Made by a program: the position numbers and the translations under genes. This document shows, piece by piece, positions 59,250 to 64,000 of a stretch of DNA of 64,000 bases. Origin of the DNA: Nitrospiraceae bacterium (GTDB taxonomy: Bacteria; Nitrospirota; Thermodesulfovibrionia; UBA6902); the NCBI GenBank assembly GCA_020356065.1, contig CP070632.1:265284-329283 (forward strand). Direction: 5' to 3'. How positions within the stretch are numbered: position 1 is the first letter of the stretch; every line of letters starts with the position of its first letter. Below the pieces are notes generated by a model that saw only the letters and a list, made by a program, of their open reading frames with translations, ran no database searches and was not told the DNA's origin.

Positions 59250-60320
59250 ATGACGACGTTCAGAAGATATTTTATAACCGAATTTTTTAAATACTTTGCT
59301 GTCATCCTCATATGCTTTACTTCCATATCAAATGTAGCTGAATTCCTTCGTCTGGCCGGTGATTTTTATGACGAGAAAGCCCCGATCCATCTAATCATTC
59401 AGTACCTTGCATTACAGTCTCCCAGAGTCATATTATATGCGCTGCCATTTGCTTCATTGTTTTCCATACTCATTACTCTGGGGATTGCTTCAAAGTGGAG
59501 AGAGACGACCGTAATCAAGGCCTCAGGAGGGAGTATTAAAAGATTATTCTCCTGCTTTCTTCTGATCGGTATATTAATGATGCTCTCCGCCCTTATCCTG
59601 GGAGAGACAGTAGTTCCTGAAGCAACCAGGGCTTCCGCCTATATAAGAAAGGTGAAGATTATGGGCCAGTCTCCCAAAATCGTCTATGGGAAGAAACACC
59701 TCTGGATGAGAGGTCTTGACGGAAGCCTGGTCAGGATAGAGGGATTTGTTGAAGATGAAAACAAGGTGCTGAAAACAAGTGTTTTCAGTTTTAATGATGA
59801 TTTTGTTTTTGAGAAAAGAATTGAAGCGAATGAGGCTGAATGGATCAACGACGAGTGGAATCTGAAAGATGTTAAGGTTTATGACTTCAGGAATAACTCA
59901 ACAAAAAAATACAGTTCGCTAAAAACTGAATCTTTGGAAGAACCCGACATTTTCAGGGAAGAGATAAAAAAACCTAATGAAATGAATTTTATGGAGCTAT
60001 ATTCCTATTACTCGAGACTGGAAAAAGCTGGTTTTAAAAACCTTAAATACATCGTAAGACTGTACGATAAACTCGCCTACCCTTCAATCAATTTTGTCAT
60101 GATTCTCTTTGGTGTTGCACTGGCGCTGCATTCAAAATGGGGAGGGGGCATCAGAGCGGCAGGCTTGGGCGTTTTAGTGAGTGTGCTTTACTGGATGCTT
60201 TATTCTTTCAGCCTTTCCCTGGTTAACACAGGTTATTTAAAACCCTGGCTTGCACCATGGGTGAGTCCGGCTGTTTTTTGCCTCGCAGGAAGTATCATGT
60301 ATATGCGGATCAGGGAGTAA
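59250..60320 (+). CDS. lptG: LptF/LptG-family permease, second copy.
   Basis: 356 aa, same topology as its upstream partner. Confidence 0.7.
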   Translation: MTTFRRYFITEFFKYFAVILICFTSISNVAEFLRLAGDFYDEKAPIHLIIQYLALQSPRVILYALPFASLFSILITLGIASKWRETTVIKASGGSIKRLFSCFLLIGILMMLSALILGETVVPEATRASAYIRKVKIMGQSPKIVYGKKHLWMRGLDGSLVRIEGFVEDENKVLKTSVFSFNDDFVFEKRIEANEAEWINDEWNLKDVKVYDFRNNSTKKYSSLKTESLEEPDIFREEIKKPNEMNFMELYSYYSRLEKAGFKNLKYIVRLYDKLAYPSINFVMILFGVALALHSKWGGGIRAAGLGVLVSVLYWMLYSFSLSLVNTGYLKPWLAPWVSPAVFCLAGSIMYMRIRE

Positions 60321-60511
60321 TCAGGGCCTCTTATGCCTTTTTCGATCTGATACCACAAATCTTGTGTTCAAAATAGTTCAAAAATAGTTCAATAATATTT
60401 AGTTATTCTCCTGCAACCTTAAACTACTGTTGAACTATTAAGGAACCGGGAGGGAGCAACAACACGGGGAAGATATGAGTGGATGTGTATATCTTCCCCG
60501 TGATTCATAAT

Positions 60512-61513
60512 TTAATAGACTGCAACTCCCCAGGGTGAACCTGAATATGTGCTCTCAGTAGCAGGAGTTAATTTTATCGTGTCTACGATCTTATCGCTTG
60601 CCGTATCAATGATAGAAAGGGAAACATCCTCATGGTTTACGACATAAGCCCGTCCTGTCTCTGAATCTACGGCAATCCCTATCGGACCTTTCCCCCCTTC
60701 AATATTTCCTATGACTTTGTCTACCTTCATGTCAATTACGGTAACCGCGTTTTCTTCCCTCTTTGTTACATAGGCCTTGTTTTTTGAGGTATCAACGCCA
60801 ATGTACCATGCGGTGTTACCTACCTTGACCGTGGAGAGTTCCTTGAGATCACCGGAATCAAATACCTGGACAGAACCTTTGCCATGAATGGCCACGTATA
60901 CTTTCTTTTTGTCGGGACTTATCGCAAGTCCCAGCGGTGTATCAATAACCGGAACCTTTTGTATAACCTTCCGGTCCTTCAGACTGACCGCCGCAAGTTT
61001 CCACTCACCTGAGTTACTTGTAAAGAGTTTGTCATTTACGATCTTTATGTCAAATGGTCCTGCGCCAACATCTATTTTTTCCGTGACTTCATGTGTCTTT
61101 AAATCAACGACAGAAACAGTATGGCTGAGATTCTTTCCGTCAACCATGTGCTCCGTGTCTGCGACATACCCTGTCCCTGTGCCTGCATCAACTGTCATGG
61201 CCATCGGGCCGATTCCGACTTTAAACCTGGCAACTTCGGAGCTGCTGTCAAGGTCGATAACTGTTACCGTACTGTCTGCCTCACTCGAATTAACCACATA
61301 CAGCTTTTTGTTGGTTACATCACAGGCCAGTCCTGCGGGCCAGACCCCTACCCTGAAAGTATTAATTATTTCCTTTTTTTCAGGATCGATTACAGAAACG
61401 GTGTTATTACCTGAATTAGCAACATACACACGTTTGGCCGCGTATGCATCAACCCCGTACATGAGAATAACTGCAACTGCAAAAACGAGAATCATGAGTA
61501 TTAATTTCTTCAC
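60512..61513 (-). CDS. Secreted YVTN-family beta-propeller repeat protein.
   Basis: 333 aa. Signal peptide, and about 40-residue repeats each with YV.N...TVSVID-type strands. Confidence 0.7.
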   Translation of the reverse strand: MKKLILMILVFAVAVILMYGVDAYAAKRVYVANSGNNTVSVIDPEKKEIINTFRVGVWPAGLACDVTNKKLYVVNSSEADSTVTVIDLDSSSEVARFKVGIGPMAMTVDAGTGTGYVADTEHMVDGKNLSHTVSVVDLKTHEVTEKIDVGAGPFDIKIVNDKLFTSNSGEWKLAAVSLKDRKVIQKVPVIDTPLGLAISPDKKKVYVAIHGKGSVQVFDSGDLKELSTVKVGNTAWYIGVDTSKNKAYVTKREENAVTVIDMKVDKVIGNIEGGKGPIGIAVDSETGRAYVVNHEDVSLSIIDTASDKIVDTIKLTPATESTYSGSPWGVAVY

Positions 61514-61616
61514 TGTGATGCTCCTCCTTTACATGATTAAAAATGTAGTGTGGGATATGATTATATAACTATTTTGGTTGTCAAATGTCAAACAATAATT
61601 CGATTATATAAATTTC

Positions 61617-62477
61617 TTATGATGCGAGATAACTTATTAAGGTAAATACAAAAACGGTTACGCTTATATACCCATTCATGTTAAAAAATGCGATATCAAG
61701 TTTACTCAGATCATCGGCCTTTACAAGTGAATGCTCATATAACAGGAGACCTGAAGCTATGAGCACCCCGATAATATAAAAAAATGACAGATTAAAGACG
61801 TAAACAAGACTAAATAATAATATAATTGTAATAAGATGAAAGATTCTGGCTATCCAGAGTGATGATCTGATGCCAAATATACTGGGAATGGAATAAAGGC
61901 CGTGCTCCTTATCAAAGTCCATGTCCTGTAATCCATAAATAATATCAAATCCTGCTACCCAGAACATTACCGCCAGACTGAGCATGAGAATTTCTGACTC
62001 AAACGTGCCCCGTACAGCCACCCAGGCCCCCAGAGGAGCCAGTGCCAGGGCAATACCCAGTACCATATGGCATAGCCAAGTAAATCTTTTTGTATAAGAA
62101 TACGTAATAAGAACTGCAAGTACCAGGGGAGACAGTTTCAGGCACAGTGGATTAAGCTCATATGCGGCCAGGACCAGAAGCGCAAAAGCCCCAGCTGTAA
62201 AAAAGATGGCTTCCGACGTTTTTATCACCCCCCTTGGGAGTTCCCTGTTTTTTGTCCTGGGATTAAGGGCATCAAACTCCCGGTCGATAATCCTGTTCAT
62301 TCCCATGGCACCCGAGCGTCCTCCGACCATTGCGACAGTTATCCAGAATATCTGATAAAGAGTCGGGATGCCCTCTGCAGCTATGAGTGCTGCGGTAAAA
62401 GCAAAGGGCAATGCAAAGATTGAATGTGAAAATTTAATCAGCCTCAGATATTCTACGCTCTTTTTAATCAATTTCAT
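61617..62477 (-). CDS. UbiA-family aromatic prenyltransferase.
   Basis: 286 aa, 8-9 TM. NRIIDREFD Asp-rich motif 1 and a second DxxxD-like block. Could be quinone or related prenylation. No substrate assignment is possible. Confidence 0.65.
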   Translation of the reverse strand: MKLIKKSVEYLRLIKFSHSIFALPFAFTAALIAAEGIPTLYQIFWITVAMVGGRSGAMGMNRIIDREFDALNPRTKNRELPRGVIKTSEAIFFTAGAFALLVLAAYELNPLCLKLSPLVLAVLITYSYTKRFTWLCHMVLGIALALAPLGAWVAVRGTFESEILMLSLAVMFWVAGFDIIYGLQDMDFDKEHGLYSIPSIFGIRSSLWIARIFHLITIILLFSLVYVFNLSFFYIIGVLIASGLLLYEHSLVKADDLSKLDIAFFNMNGYISVTVFVFTLISYLAS

Positions 62478-62687
62478 GACGGTCCTATTTTAGATTCACC
62501 GTAGATGAAAAGCAACGATAATATAAATAAATTCAGATCACATCCTAAAAAGTAACTAGAATCCCTGCAACCAATGGAACAGTGTTCCCTATGCATAATG
62601 TGTTAAATCACCTATGGACAGATCATAAATTCATTTGATATTTGCACATACTCAATGTTAAGATAATTCTCCGCAGGATCTATTAAT

Positions 62688-63953
62688 ATGGCAGTTATTC
62701 CATTCAACGGCATTTTATATAACCCGCAAAAAGTGGATGCCTCGCTTACGATGGCACCTCCATATGATATTGTGTCTCCTGATCTTAAAGAAGACCTGTA
62801 CAGAAAAAGTCCTCATAACATTATCCGGATTGATTTCGGAAAAGATAAAGACGGCGATAATGAAGAGGAAAACCGTTATACGAGGGCAGCTTCGTATTTC
62901 AATGAATGGCTCCATCAGGGTATTCTCACCAGAGATGATGCGCAGTGTTTTTACTCTTATGAGATACAGTATGAAATAAATGGAGCAGCGAAAATAACCA
63001 GAGGGTTTCTGGGTGCCGTAAAAATAGAGGAACTTGGTAAAGGCAAGGTCCATCCCCATGAAATGACCTATTCCAAGCCGAAATCAGACAGGTTAAATAT
63101 CCTGCGATACTGCAGGGCAAACACGAGCCCCATTTTTTCCCTTTATTCCAGTAAAGAAAAAGCCGCATCATCCATCCTTGAGAACATTTCTGATCAGCCT
63201 CCTTATATCGAATTTGTGTATGACGACGGTTTTACCCATCGACTCTGGAAGATCAGTGACAGGAGCAAAATAGATGTAATTGTCAGGGAGATGTCTCACA
63301 GAGACGTTTTTATTGCCGACGGGCATCACCGCTATGAAACAGCGCTGGCTTTTAAAAAGGAGATGGAAGTTAAAGGCATGAGACGGAACGGGAAAGAACC
63401 GTTCAATTACGTGCTTATGTTCCTGGCAAACATGGAGGATGAAGGATTGACGCTGCTTCCGACACACCGCATTATAGAGGTGGATTCTGAAATCAGAATC
63501 CGGGATATATTAAAACAGCATTTCGAGCTGAAGAAGATATCGACAGGTAATATGTCAGGAAAACAGGCAATAGCGGCAATGCTGGAATCCATGAGCAGCA
63601 AAGCACATTCTTTTGGAATGTACCTTACAAACACGGGGAATTATTATGCATTATCATTTAACGGTGCATCCATTGATGTTGACCTTCCCGACTGTCTGAA
63701 AAAGCTTGATGTTTCTGTTCTTCACAAGTTTATTTTTGAGAACTTACTGAATGTTGATCATTATGAATATGAAATGGACCCTGCTGTTGCAGTGGAAAGA
63801 GCAATGAAAGGTTCCTTTGAAGCAGTCTTTTTCCTCAATCCCACACTGATCAGCGAGTTAAAGGAAGTAGCTCTTGAGGGGCATCGAATGCCCCCGAAAT
63901 CAACGTATTTTTATCCCAAGCTTCTTACGGGAATGGCAATTTACAAATTTTAA
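62688..63953 (+). CDS. DUF1015 family protein.
   Basis: 421 aa. MAVIPFNGILYNP...APPYDIVS N-terminus and ADGHHRYETA block characteristic of DUF1015. Confidence 0.6.
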   Translation: MAVIPFNGILYNPQKVDASLTMAPPYDIVSPDLKEDLYRKSPHNIIRIDFGKDKDGDNEEENRYTRAASYFNEWLHQGILTRDDAQCFYSYEIQYEINGAAKITRGFLGAVKIEELGKGKVHPHEMTYSKPKSDRLNILRYCRANTSPIFSLYSSKEKAASSILENISDQPPYIEFVYDDGFTHRLWKISDRSKIDVIVREMSHRDVFIADGHHRYETALAFKKEMEVKGMRRNGKEPFNYVLMFLANMEDEGLTLLPTHRIIEVDSEIRIRDILKQHFELKKISTGNMSGKQAIAAMLESMSSKAHSFGMYLTNTGNYYALSFNGASIDVDLPDCLKKLDVSVLHKFIFENLLNVDHYEYEMDPAVAVERAMKGSFEAVFFLNPTLISELKEVALEGHRMPPKSTYFYPKLLTGMAIYKF

Positions 63954-64000
63954 CTTCTATGAGCAGTAAGTTGTACAGACACCGGACCTGATAATGTCTT

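Overview
A 64-kb bacterial chromosomal segment of moderate GC. Gene content (YVTN beta-propeller, two-CW-type Cys-rich domains, MtrA-like protein, LptFG, Gcw_chp porin) suggests an anaerobic delta-proteobacterial or Nitrospirae-like organism. It has four parts. (1) Housekeeping genes in the first 16.5 kb: ppdK 3' end, nfo, rnhA, tRNA-Met, an orphan sensor kinase, parAB and purE/D/H. (2) A mobile-element hotspot at 16.5-24 kb. It holds three different IS elements (IS256-family with imperfect terminal IRs, IS110-family, IS481-family with TGT...ACA ends) that bracket a small cargo, followed by a strongly AT-rich islet at 24-27.8 kb. The islet carries a LuxR-type regulator with an uncharacterised N-terminal domain, divergent from a minus-strand run of four small cysteine-rich genes: two paralogous mini-proteins, a 109-aa protein and a stand-alone 'two Cys-Trp' domain protein whose domain recurs at the C-terminus of the orphan kinase. 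A start-codon-less gene remnant closes the islet. This islet is the best candidate for an undescribed system. (3) A photo-oxidative-protection supercluster at 27.8-39 kb on both strands. It contains a furan/methylated fatty-acid module (CFA-synthase-like methyltransferase, DUF1365, FAD oxidoreductase, DUF1295, chalcone-isomerase-like lipid binder), an HhH-GPD glycosylase, a class II CPD photolyase, PNPOx-like, SDR and SRPBCC proteins, a DUF523-DUF1722 protein and a diadenylate cyclase. (4) A dense nitrogen-assimilation supercluster at 42-58 kb: three amt genes, three PII genes (glnK x2, glnB), glnA, glnE, a GATase, a Gcw_chp porin, a stand-alone IF2 C-terminal paralog, an unknown 497-aa protein and two stand-alone Fis-type HTH mini-proteins. 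These units are headed by sigma-54-type promoters (TGGCA-N7-TCGC/TAGC spacing) and a recurring TACA-N4-TGTA dyad motif. The window ends with rpsU, lptFG, a YVTN protein, a UbiA prenyltransferase and a DUF1015 protein. No rRNA or CRISPR was seen.
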